Shown here: positions 10,150 through 18,720 of the stretch, piece after piece
How positions within the stretch are numbered: position 1 is the first letter of the stretch
Layout of the letters: each line of letters begins with the position of its first letter
Assembly (NCBI GenBank): GCA_037481695.1
Contig: JBBFLE010000002.1
Location: 16,661 to 80,660 of the forward strand
Length of the DNA: 64,000 bases
Origin: a bacterium
Lineage (GTDB): Bacteria > Desulfobacterota > Desulfocorpusculales > Desulfocorpusculum
Reading direction: 5' to 3'
The notes under the pieces: generated by a model
What the model was told of the DNA's origin: nothing
Seen by the model: only the letters and a program-made list of their open reading frames with translations
Database searches by the model: none
Program-made: the position numbers and the translations under genes

Positions 10150-10590
10150 CTAATGCACTGTTTCATCGCCCTGTGAAACGGCCATGAGAAGATCCATCTC
10201 ATCCACGAAATGTTCTGCAAGCCTGTCCTCCACAAAGATGGGAGCCCCCACTCTCACACATAGGGCAATGCCATCGCTGGGACGGGTGTCCAGGAGGATC
10301 TGCCTTCCCTTCCTCAGCAGGAGGATCTTACCGTAGTAGGTATTGTCCACCAGGTCGTGAATGACCAGGTGCTGGATTTCAGCGCCCAGGGTTCTGATGA
10401 GGCTCACCATCAGATCGTGACTCAGAGGCCTTCTGGTGGGGATCTTGTTGATGCCCTGGAGAATTGCTGTACCCTCGAAAACACCCACCTGAATTATTAA
10501 AAACCTTCCGGCAGCCTGGTCTTTGAGAAAGACGCTCATGGAGCCGCTGTCCGGAATAAGCCCCACTCGATCCACCTGCACAGAGATCAT
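10150..10590 (-). CDS. bifunctional nuclease family protein (DUF151/BFN)
   Basis: 146 aa with the DUF151-type core (RPLSHDLMVSLIRTLGAEI, DTRPSDGIALCVRVGAPIFVEDRL). Confidence 0.75.
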   Translation of the reverse strand: MISVQVDRVGLIPDSGSMSVFLKDQAAGRFLIIQVGVFEGTAILQGINKIPTRRPLSHDLMVSLIRTLGAEIQHLVIHDLVDNTYYGKILLLRKGRQILLDTRPSDGIALCVRVGAPIFVEDRLAEHFVDEMDLLMAVSQGDETVH

Positions 10591-10617
10591 GGAAGGCCTC
10601 CCCCATGCCCTTTTTTT

Positions 10618-10920
10618 TCACAGCCGGGCAGGCTGCAAAGTACCCGTGATCTGCAATGACGATTTACCGGATGATAGGAACTCCATGTCGAAAACCACTG
10701 CATTTTGGATTCTATAATTCACCCCTTCCATCTCTAGCTCTATTTCCAAGTCCTGATCCCCTGGGGAAACTCCGGAGACCCTTCCCTTGAGAATGGCTGT
10801 GGCATGCACCTGCATCTGCCCTTCCTGGGAAAGGGATATGTCCATATCCAGGCTCTCCAAGGCAATGCGCCTGCTGCCCAGAATCCACCAGGCAACATCT
10901 GCCCTCATCTTGCCTTCCAT
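10618..10920 (-). CDS. hypothetical small protein
   Basis: 100-aa ORF, co-directional and 28 nt upstream of the DUF151 gene. No recognisable motif. Confidence 0.4.
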   Translation of the reverse strand: MEGKMRADVAWWILGSRRIALESLDMDISLSQEGQMQVHATAILKGRVSGVSPGDQDLEIELEMEGVNYRIQNAVVFDMEFLSSGKSSLQITGTLQPARL

Positions 10921-11090
10921 CCTGCCTTACTCCCGTCTGAGGCTGCAAGAGCAGTTCTATGCCTGGATTGAAACAAGGTTCATTCTCATGCTGGCGGTAT
11001 CCTCTAACTCTTCTGCCCCTGAGACTCCAACTGGCAGAGCCCTTGCACCTTCAAAATCATGCAGGATGGCTCAGGGGCTTTTTTCCACGC

Positions 11091-11387
11091 TCAGCCCCCT
11101 GTCCTTAGCCTTCTGATCTCAAAGACCACTGGATTCTGAGCGTCGGGACAGGCATGAGTGGCAACATCTGGATCGCTCAGCCAGGGAAAATGAGCGCCAT
11201 AGCGCATGGCGAAGACCTTGGGCAACATGCTGTACATGGCGCTCATGCATATCTTGCCTTTGACGCTCATGCCGTCGAATAGGATCTCGTCCCCCACCTT
11301 GTGCCCTGCCGCACAGGTGCCTTTCTGACTTATGACCTTGGCCAAGACCTCGAACTCCCCGCTGTGAAAGCCTGTTTCCTGGCTCAT
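11091..11387 (-). CDS. small Cys-containing protein, possibly TIGR04076-like
   Basis: 98 aa with KGTCAAGHKVGDE...GKICMSAM...ACPD...NPVVFEIRR pattern recalled as TIGR04076-like. Family assignment is from memory only. Confidence 0.4.
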   Translation of the reverse strand: MSQETGFHSGEFEVLAKVISQKGTCAAGHKVGDEILFDGMSVKGKICMSAMYSMLPKVFAMRYGAHFPWLSDPDVATHACPDAQNPVVFEIRRLRTGG

Positions 11388-11708
11388 GGCTGACCTCCAT
11401 GGGTTCTAGGGGTTTTAAATGGCCCAAAACCCATGTACCACATTCCCGCCATGGGCACAAGAGCAGGTGCAGGGCTCCTTGGAGAGGCCAGGAAATGATT
11501 TCCAAGAAAGCCAGCCGGGGAAGCTTAGGTTTCCCATGTCTTGGGGTGAATTTGAATCTGGTCCCACAGGCTTTGCTCCCACCCACAGGCAGCAGTGGAG
11601 GTGTTCTTGGAGTTGAAGTTGTTCGCCCTGATCCGGTTTGTTTGTTCTGGCTTAGGGACCTAAAGAGCAAGGCCCTCAAGGAAACTTTGGGATCCTTGGC
11701 GGTTTCTC

Positions 11709-13391
11709 TTAGAGTTTCCTTCGGGAGCGCACTTCTTCTTTTATTCTTTGTATGTGCCCCCTTCCCAAACCCTTTACCTCGCAGCCCAGCTCAAAGAACC
11801 TTCTTATTCTAAGATCATCCAAGATCCCGAAACAATCCACCACGGCCAGAGGCTTGCCTGCCATGTGCACCACTTCCTCCGGCACCAGGCCCAAATAAGG
11901 CTTGTGCCGCACGGCCAATACCAGGGCATCTGCTCCCGAAAGGGCCTTGGCCAGATCCTTCTCCACTCTTAGATCCTTAAGCCTTTCCTGATTCCTAAAA
12001 AACCTGGATCTGGAGCCTCCGTCAGCCGGGTAGGAATCCTGTTTTTCCATTTCCCACCAGCGCTGCACGTAAGGGTCATGCACCATGACCTCAGCCCCCA
12101 TCTCCACCAACTTCCTTGCAACCAGCTCCGAGCCGCTGTATCTGGTATCCCCCACATCCTCCCTGTACGAGGCCCCCAGCAGGGCCACCTTGGATGCGGC
12201 CACTATTCTGCCCATATTCCTTAGAGCATCCCTCACCAACCTTGCCACATGCAGAGCACGAGTATCGTTTATGTCTATGGCCAAGGGGGTTATCTTGAAG
12301 ATCTCGTCTTCAAACCCCATGAGGGTATGGTAAGCCCAGACCCCCAGACCACCGTCCTTGGGAAGGCAATAGCCGCCTATGCCCGGGCCTGGGAAGATTA
12401 TGTTGGAGTGAGTGGGTCTTACCTTTATTGCCTCTACCACCTTTATGAGATCCACCCCATTGCGTTCGGCAAAAAGGCTCCACTCATGCAGAAACGCCAA
12501 AATAGTTGCGCGATATGAGTTCTCCACTATCTTACAGGTCTCGCTTTCTATGGGCCTGTCCAAAACCGTGAGGGGGTAGTCCCGCACATTGATGACATTG
12601 GAGAGGAACCTTACCACCTTATCCCTGGATTCGGCATTGATCCCACTGCATACACGCCAGAAATCCCTTATGGAGGCCACGTAATGCCGCCCGGGCATGA
12701 CCCGCTCGAAGGAGTGGGCCAAAACAGGCTCCCGCCCCCCCAACCCTCTTTCCTCAAAGGCTTTTTTCAAGATGGGGTACGCCACGTATTCTGTGGTGCC
12801 CGGAGGTACCGTGGTCTCTATGAGCACCAAGCAATGGGGCTGGATCCTCTCACCTATGATCCTGAGGCTTTCTTCCAGGGCCTTTATGTCCGCATAGCCC
12901 TTTCGCACATCCCCCAGTGTCTCCTTGTGATAATCGCACTGCACATCCACCACCACCACGTCTGCCAGACAAAGGGCATCATAAGCAAAGGTGGCTGTTA
13001 GGGTCTTCTTTTCCTTCACGCAACGTCTCAGGAGCCTGGGAACTTCCTGGTCCTCTGCGGAGATGGGTGGTAGGCCCCTGTTGAGGTACTCGATCTTCCA
13101 GTACGAACGTGTGGAGGGCCTTTGCATGGCTATGACAAAATAAAGAGGTTTGCCTGTGGAGGGATCCACGGAATCGGCCACCACCCCCGCCATGACAGCT
13201 CCCACAAAGCCAACCCCCATAACCACCACCACCTCACGACCCAAAAGCCTTTGTTCAGCTACCAGAAGCTCCAAACGCTTGAGCTCTGCAACAGCCTTTT
13301 CCTTGTCAGGAAGGGGAAACACCTCCCCCTCCGGTGAAACCGAAACTGGAGCTGATCCAATTTCAACCTGGGCTCCCAAATCCTTGCTCAT
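11709..13391 (-). CDS. nucleotide-sugar dehydrogenase (UDP-glucose/GDP-mannose dehydrogenase family)
   Basis: Rossmann N-terminus (VVVMGVGFVGAVMAG), catalytic-Cys motif GGYCLPKD, C-terminal UDP-binding-like region. Track ORF begins at 13448; the ATG at 13391 (MSKDLGAQ) has a better purine-rich upstream region. Confidence 0.75.
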   Translation of the reverse strand: MSKDLGAQVEIGSAPVSVSPEGEVFPLPDKEKAVAELKRLELLVAEQRLLGREVVVVMGVGFVGAVMAGVVADSVDPSTGKPLYFVIAMQRPSTRSYWKIEYLNRGLPPISAEDQEVPRLLRRCVKEKKTLTATFAYDALCLADVVVVDVQCDYHKETLGDVRKGYADIKALEESLRIIGERIQPHCLVLIETTVPPGTTEYVAYPILKKAFEERGLGGREPVLAHSFERVMPGRHYVASIRDFWRVCSGINAESRDKVVRFLSNVINVRDYPLTVLDRPIESETCKIVENSYRATILAFLHEWSLFAERNGVDLIKVVEAIKVRPTHSNIIFPGPGIGGYCLPKDGGLGVWAYHTLMGFEDEIFKITPLAIDINDTRALHVARLVRDALRNMGRIVAASKVALLGASYREDVGDTRYSGSELVARKLVEMGAEVMVHDPYVQRWWEMEKQDSYPADGGSRSRFFRNQERLKDLRVEKDLAKALSGADALVLAVRHKPYLGLVPEEVVHMAGKPLAVVDCFGILDDLRIRRFFELGCEVKGLGRGHIQRIKEEVRSRRKL

Positions 13392-13533
13392 GTACACACC
13401 CCTCTCCCCCTGCCTTTTCCATCCATCCAGTTCCCCGGGAAAATCCAATCATTGGCATGGATCAGATCACCCCGGGGCTGCATGACTTACTCCACTGAGT
13501 CCCCTTATTCAGGAACAATCCCATCGGGGCATC

Positions 13534-14517
13534 CTACTGCCCAGGCTGCCCCCTCAGGGCTTGCAGGTCTGCCTCCACCATCATCTTGACCAGCTCCTGG
13601 AACCCCACCTGGGGTTCCCAGCCCAGAATGCGCCTGGCTCTATCAGAGTCTCCCCTGAGTTCAAATATCTCGGCTGGTCTGTAAAGAGCCTCGTCCACAA
13701 CCACATGCTCTCTCCAATCCAGGTCCAGATAAGAAAAGCAAATCTGCACGAGTTCTCTCACGGAGTGGGTCTCGCCCGTTGCTATGACATAATCCGAGGG
13801 TTCTTCATGCTGTAGCATCAGCCACATGGCCTTGACATAGTCCCCGGCATAACCCCAGTCCCTGCGGGCATCCAGATTACCAAGCCGCAGCTCTTTGGCC
13901 AATCCCAGCTTTATACGGGCAGCAGTGCGGGTCACCTTTCTTGTCACAAACTCCAGTCCCCTCCTAGGTGATTCATGGTTGAAGAGAATGCCGCTTAAGG
14001 CAAAGAGCCCGTAAGCCTCCCGGTAGTTCCGAGTCAAGTGGAATCCAGCCACCTTGGATATACCGTATGGGGAACGGGGATTAAAGGGGGTCTTCTCGTT
14101 CTGAGGTGACTCGAGGGCGTTGCCGAACATCTCGCTGGAGCCTGCAAAGTAAAACCTGCAGCCCGGGGCCGCATCTTTGAGGGCTGCCAGCACGAAGTGG
14201 GTGCCGTTGATGTTCGTGTTTATGGTGGAAAACTCATCTTCAAAGGAATAGCTCACAAAGCTTTGTGCCGAAAGATGGTAACACTCGTCGGGCTGTATGC
14301 GCTCTATGACCTTGAAGATGCTGGCATAACTCTCCAGAGAACCAGCATGTATGTGAACCCTGTCCAAGAGGTGACGGATCCTCCAGAGCCTCTGCTCGGG
14401 ATCCTCTATGGCCACCCTCCTGACTATACCGTGTACCTCATAGCCTTGATCAAGGAGAAACTCCGCCAGATAGGAGCCGTCCTGTCCTGTGATGCCTGTT
14501 ATCAAAGCCTTTTTCAA
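13534..14517 (-). CDS. gmd: GDP-mannose 4,6-dehydratase
   Basis: 327 aa with short-chain dehydratase N-terminus (ALITGITGQDGSYLAEFLL), catalytic YGISK and typical Gmd C-terminal layout. Confidence 0.9.
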   Translation of the reverse strand: MKKALITGITGQDGSYLAEFLLDQGYEVHGIVRRVAIEDPEQRLWRIRHLLDRVHIHAGSLESYASIFKVIERIQPDECYHLSAQSFVSYSFEDEFSTINTNINGTHFVLAALKDAAPGCRFYFAGSSEMFGNALESPQNEKTPFNPRSPYGISKVAGFHLTRNYREAYGLFALSGILFNHESPRRGLEFVTRKVTRTAARIKLGLAKELRLGNLDARRDWGYAGDYVKAMWLMLQHEEPSDYVIATGETHSVRELVQICFSYLDLDWREHVVVDEALYRPAEIFELRGDSDRARRILGWEPQVGFQELVKMMVEADLQALRGQPGQ

Positions 14518-14621
14518 GGTTCAGCTCGCCGGGCCGGCCCTCCTTTGAGAATCCTGGGCACCCACACATGCCCCAAGCCCACCCGGCCGTGAGGCCTTGG
14601 GCCAACGGGATCTTGCCCAGA

Positions 14622-15911
14622 TCATTGTCTTTGTGCTTTGGCCTGCATTTCCTGGCGCAGCTTCCCAATGTAGCGCTGTCCAAAGACCACAATGGTGCCC
14701 ACCAAGATGGACAATACACCGGCCATAAGCACGTTGGTGCTGGTCTTGGGTTTGTATTTTCTCACTGGAGGCACAGCCCAGTCTATCACCTGGAAGGCCA
14801 CGTCCTCTTTGGATTCTTCTATACGGGCCAGCTCATACTGTTGGGTCAGAAGCTCCAGGACCTTCTCGTGGAAAAGCACGTCCCTTTTGAGCCTTCCGTA
14901 CATGAGGCCCAGCTCCGGGGCTCCGGCCAAGGAAAGCTTGCTCCCCCCTTCCTTGGAATGGTTGGCCTCCAGACGCTCCAGCTGTTTTCTGAGTTCGCTC
15001 AGCTGAGACTCCAAGAGCTGCACCTTGGGATTCAAAGCAGTGGCATAGGTTCTTACCACATCCAGCTCTACTTCCTTGGCCGCCACCATGCCCTTTAGCT
15101 CTGCAAGTCCCCTTATGGCAGCCTCGGCCTGCTCGTTCATGGCTACAAAACGCTTCTCCTGCTGGAAATCCTTGAATCTCTCCTCGGCCTCGGACAATTC
15201 CCTCTTGGTCTTGGAGACCTGGGCTTCCAAAAAGAGCCTTTTTTTCTTGGCCACACTCAAGGCATTGGCATTTATGAAGCTCTCCAGCTCCAAGATGTGG
15301 GCATTGGCTATCTCTGAGGCCAAAGTGGGATCCTTCCACTCCACTGTTATGTTCACAAGCCCTGTTCTTCTCTCCTCGTTTACCCTGGTGATCCCCCTTA
15401 GGGCTTTGACACCATCCTCCAGGCTGGGCTGCTTTGAGGGATCCTTCCACTGATTCCTGAGCATGTCCCATTGCTCCTCGAAGAAGATCCTCATCAGATC
15501 CAACCTGGAGATGACCTTTTCCTTCAAGGTTCGGCTCTCCAATATGGCCACCAGGGTCTGGGATGGAGTCGCCTTTCCTCCGGGCAAGGAAAGCCCCATA
15601 CCTCCCAGCATGGCAATGTAAGAAGAAAACCCCCCCTCTCTGGATTCCATGGGAATGAGAGAAGCCCTGGCCTGATATATCTTGGGAAACACGAAAAGAC
15701 TCAGAATCCCTGTGGAGATGGTGGCAGCCAGAAAAAGGCAAAAAAGAAACCTGCGTCGGCTCCAAAGCACCAGCCACAGTTCCAGGAGGTCCAGGCCTTC
15801 CTCCTCGGCCCAGGACGATTCCCCAGCTCTATAGGGGCATGGGGCTTGCTGAAGCCCTACCCCTGGAAAAGCTGCCCCCTTTTGTTCTGTCTGCAAATCC
15901 TCTTCCTTCAT
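14622..15911 (-). CDS. polysaccharide chain-length determinant (Wzz/Wzc N-terminal-like co-polymerase), no kinase domain
   Basis: N-terminal motif LDLLELWLVLWSRRRFLF plus a TM segment, long coiled-coil periplasmic region, C-terminal TM (LMAGVLSILVGTIVVFG). Track ORF starts with GTG at 15947; the first ATG is at 15911. Confidence 0.65.
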   Translation of the reverse strand: MKEEDLQTEQKGAAFPGVGLQQAPCPYRAGESSWAEEEGLDLLELWLVLWSRRRFLFCLFLAATISTGILSLFVFPKIYQARASLIPMESREGGFSSYIAMLGGMGLSLPGGKATPSQTLVAILESRTLKEKVISRLDLMRIFFEEQWDMLRNQWKDPSKQPSLEDGVKALRGITRVNEERRTGLVNITVEWKDPTLASEIANAHILELESFINANALSVAKKKRLFLEAQVSKTKRELSEAEERFKDFQQEKRFVAMNEQAEAAIRGLAELKGMVAAKEVELDVVRTYATALNPKVQLLESQLSELRKQLERLEANHSKEGGSKLSLAGAPELGLMYGRLKRDVLFHEKVLELLTQQYELARIEESKEDVAFQVIDWAVPPVRKYKPKTSTNVLMAGVLSILVGTIVVFGQRYIGKLRQEMQAKAQRQ

Positions 15912-16013
15912 GGACTGTATCCCAACCTGGGTAAAAAAATCCCCCACTTACGGGCTCACCCGCACCAGCTTCTTTCCAGAGCCCCAAGGGCACTTTCCCC
16001 TGGCCTTTGAGTC

Positions 16014-16505
16014 TCAGCGGGATCCGTGATGCGGAGGGGCACCATGGTGTGCCGGAGCCCCGTGATGTGCCGGGGTGCCGTGATGTATGGGGCTTCCACC
16101 AGGGCCAGCCCCGGCCCCCACAACAGTGCCCGCTGCAGTGGCTGCTGCTGCCGCCACTCCTCCCACGGCCAAGGCAGCACTGCCCGCCACAGTTGCTGCC
16201 ACAGCACCCACGGTCACCTCCGAGGAATTGAGAGCCGCTGCCACAGCCGCAGGCGTGCCCACCAGAGCCCCTCCCCCCAATTCCTGAGGTATGGGCACAG
16301 CCACCATGTTCTCGGGAATCGAGGCAGGCACCTGGCTCGAAAAAGTTATGCCTGGATGGGTCTTTATGGCTGCCAGTTGGCCGGCCGTAACATGGACCTG
16401 CTTTCCCGATGGAAGTGTCACAGGAACCGCTTCCGAAGCCCACAGAGGTGGAAGCAGGAAACTTGAGAGAACCAAGAGCCCTACCGCCCAAAACAGAGAT
16501 CTCAT
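16014..16505 (-). CDS. secreted Ala/Gly/Val-rich protein with C-terminal histidine-rich repeats
   Basis: ATG at 16505 is preceded by a strong Shine-Dalgarno (GCAAGGAGGTGGCTC-ATG on the coding strand) and followed by signal peptide MRSLFWAVGLLVLSSFLLPPLWA. C-terminus is HHGTPAHHGAPAHHGAPPHHG. The longer track ORF (to 16601) lacks an RBS. Confidence 0.5.
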   Translation of the reverse strand: MRSLFWAVGLLVLSSFLLPPLWASEAVPVTLPSGKQVHVTAGQLAAIKTHPGITFSSQVPASIPENMVAVPIPQELGGGALVGTPAAVAAALNSSEVTVGAVAATVAGSAALAVGGVAAAAATAAGTVVGAGAGPGGSPIHHGTPAHHGAPAHHGAPPHHGSR

Positions 16506-16601
16506 GAGCCACCTCCTTGCTGTTCTAACCCTGCCCTTGAAGGGCTTTGGGTTCAATGGGGTTTTTACCACCAAAACACGCCAAAATAAAGCCCAGGCCA
16601 T

Positions 16602-18689
16602 TTATTTTTTCATGTCCTCCAGGTGTTCTGCCATGTGGGTCGGAAGCAGATCTTCCAGAAACTCGTACAACATGTTGAAGCGAGCCACGCTCTGGCCCAC
16701 ATCCCTGGTCCAGGGGGAGAAGGCGTAGCTGTGTTTCACTGGTGTCTCTTCCCTGGTGAACATGGCCATGGGAATGGAGATGAAGATCCCCTTGTCCTGG
16801 TAACCCTTGTTGAAGGGATCGCTGAAGCCTGAGGTGTCCGTGTATGTGTACCAGAATCCAAAGGAAGCTCCGGTGTCCCAGTGGCGTGCAACCTCTAGCC
16901 TAGCCCCAGGATCACCTGCCAGGAAGCGCCCAACTCTCAGCTTGGCTGCCAAGCCCAGGTCTGGCTGGAGGTAGTTGAGCGATCCAAGCAGGGTGTAAGC
17001 ATGGAAATCCATCAGGCCCAGCTGGGATTCAGGATCTCTTTTGACGACCCAGTCCCCCATCACACCAACACTCCACCTTCCATCCCCAATTACATGGAGA
17101 AGTTCCCCGCTCAGCCCCGCGTACTGGGTCTCCAGATAGCCTGCGGTCATGCGGCCGAAGCTGCCCCCTCCCAGGTTCCAAACCTGATCCAATAAAAGGG
17201 AATTGAACCTGGGATCGCTTCTTTTCTTGTATAGCACCATATCCGACCGCACAGGGTGTTCACCCAAAGGCGCTATGGCGCTCTTTATGTTGTTGTAAAA
17301 GGGGTAATTGAACCAGGCATAGAAGTCAGAGCCCTCCCACAGGGAGGCTGCTCCCCAGGCATCCACCCCAGCCCTTGCTCGGAAGAAGCCCGAGGGATCA
17401 TCCAGCCAAGTCTCCAGGGCGGGCTTTACACCATAGTCCAAGATCTCTGGATTCAGGCCCATGCGCTCCAGGGTGTTGGAGCTTGAAGCCGAGGAGGGAA
17501 GTACCCTGTCATTGGGCCCGGCCTTTTTTATCTCCACCATGCGGCGGAACTCCTCTTTGCTGTATTTGCCGGCCAAAAACCCCATGAAGTCCATGGCCTG
17601 GAAATCAATCTTCACCGTGGGCACACTTCTTCTTAAAGCCACCACCTGTATCCTGGGCACATCCAGAGGTGCCAGGGCCACTGCGGTCCTCATAACCCTT
17701 CCCATGGCCTGGGCCTCTGAGAGGAACCTGGGGTTTTCATATTGGACCCTTACATGGTTTTCTCTCACCGAGACGGCCACGTGAAGGAAGCCCTGTTCCC
17801 GAAGCGCCTGATCCAGACGATCTTCCACCTCCCGGGGATCCCTCTGTCCCAAGGGTCTTCTGTCCACTGGCGAAGTATAGGGTTCGTCTGGCTTTGGAGG
17901 AAGGAGCCTCTTACCCAGGGTGAAGTCCGTGCTTACGCTTAGGCCGAAGGTGTCTCCTCTTTGGAAAGATGCCTCCACCGATATCCAGCTAACAGGCCTG
18001 AAACGCACGCCCAGGTTGATCCTCTTGGGGTCAAATCTCCAAAGGGCTGGACTATAAAAACCCACTTTAGGAAGGTCCGGCTGGTTCTTGACACCTCCGC
18101 TTAGCCTGTCTTTTGTATAATCCATGGGATTATACTCTGCCACCAAAGAAAGCCTATCCTCCCAGAGCTTGAGTTCCAGTCCGCCGAAGGGTCCCCTTAT
18201 GCGGCCAAAGCCGTAGCCCAGGGTGAAATCCAGGGGATAAATCTGACGGCTCATGACCAGATACTGGGTGGAGAAGGTCACGTTGTCGCCAAAAAGATCG
18301 TTGGCCCCCACTGCTATGGCAGGAAGCAGTCGGGATTCGGCCAGGATCTGGTACTTGGCGTCGAACTCCCTGATCTTGGTGTTCCCGTAACCTTCCCAGC
18401 CTGGATCTGTTATAGGCTGGTTTAGGACCTCTGTGACCCTCCCGTTGACCTCCAGGCCTGGGAGGAAACCAAGTCCAAAGTAGTAGGTCCTAAACGGATC
18501 CACGTTGGAGGCCCCGATGCGCATCCTACCGTCTTCCAGAATGCGGGCCGTGGGGATCTCCATCAGGCCGGTTATCCCGGTGTTGGAGGCAGACACAAAT
18601 GGTCTATCCTGGGCCTCCACAGCCCCCCCAGCTTCAAGCCCAAGAAACACAGTAAGCACAAATAATGCCAGCCATCTTTTCCCATGCAT
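16602..18689 (-). CDS. YjbH/GfcD-like outer-membrane polysaccharide-locus protein (putative)
   Basis: 695 aa with signal peptide (MHGKRWLALFVLTVFLGLEAGGAVEA), size and aromatic-rich beta-strand-like C-terminus consistent with the YjbH family. Assigned from memory. Confidence 0.5.
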   Translation of the reverse strand: MHGKRWLALFVLTVFLGLEAGGAVEAQDRPFVSASNTGITGLMEIPTARILEDGRMRIGASNVDPFRTYYFGLGFLPGLEVNGRVTEVLNQPITDPGWEGYGNTKIREFDAKYQILAESRLLPAIAVGANDLFGDNVTFSTQYLVMSRQIYPLDFTLGYGFGRIRGPFGGLELKLWEDRLSLVAEYNPMDYTKDRLSGGVKNQPDLPKVGFYSPALWRFDPKRINLGVRFRPVSWISVEASFQRGDTFGLSVSTDFTLGKRLLPPKPDEPYTSPVDRRPLGQRDPREVEDRLDQALREQGFLHVAVSVRENHVRVQYENPRFLSEAQAMGRVMRTAVALAPLDVPRIQVVALRRSVPTVKIDFQAMDFMGFLAGKYSKEEFRRMVEIKKAGPNDRVLPSSASSSNTLERMGLNPEILDYGVKPALETWLDDPSGFFRARAGVDAWGAASLWEGSDFYAWFNYPFYNNIKSAIAPLGEHPVRSDMVLYKKRSDPRFNSLLLDQVWNLGGGSFGRMTAGYLETQYAGLSGELLHVIGDGRWSVGVMGDWVVKRDPESQLGLMDFHAYTLLGSLNYLQPDLGLAAKLRVGRFLAGDPGARLEVARHWDTGASFGFWYTYTDTSGFSDPFNKGYQDKGIFISIPMAMFTREETPVKHSYAFSPWTRDVGQSVARFNMLYEFLEDLLPTHMAEHLEDMKK

Positions 18690-18720
18690 GGGGCGCCAGC
18701 CTCTTGAGGCCTCATTGCCT

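Noticed and set aside
11119-11679. 186-aa minus-strand ORF overlapping the small TIGR04076-like gene
   Set aside because: Arg/Ser/Gly-rich non-protein-like translation in an alternative frame; the shorter ORF in the other frame has a more protein-like composition.
14833-16512. Two long minus-strand ORFs (314 aa and 227 aa) overlapping the Wzz-like and His-rich protein genes
   Set aside because: Low-complexity Gly/Arg/His/Cys-rich translations in alternative frames of better-supported genes; the 16014..16505 frame has an RBS and signal peptide.
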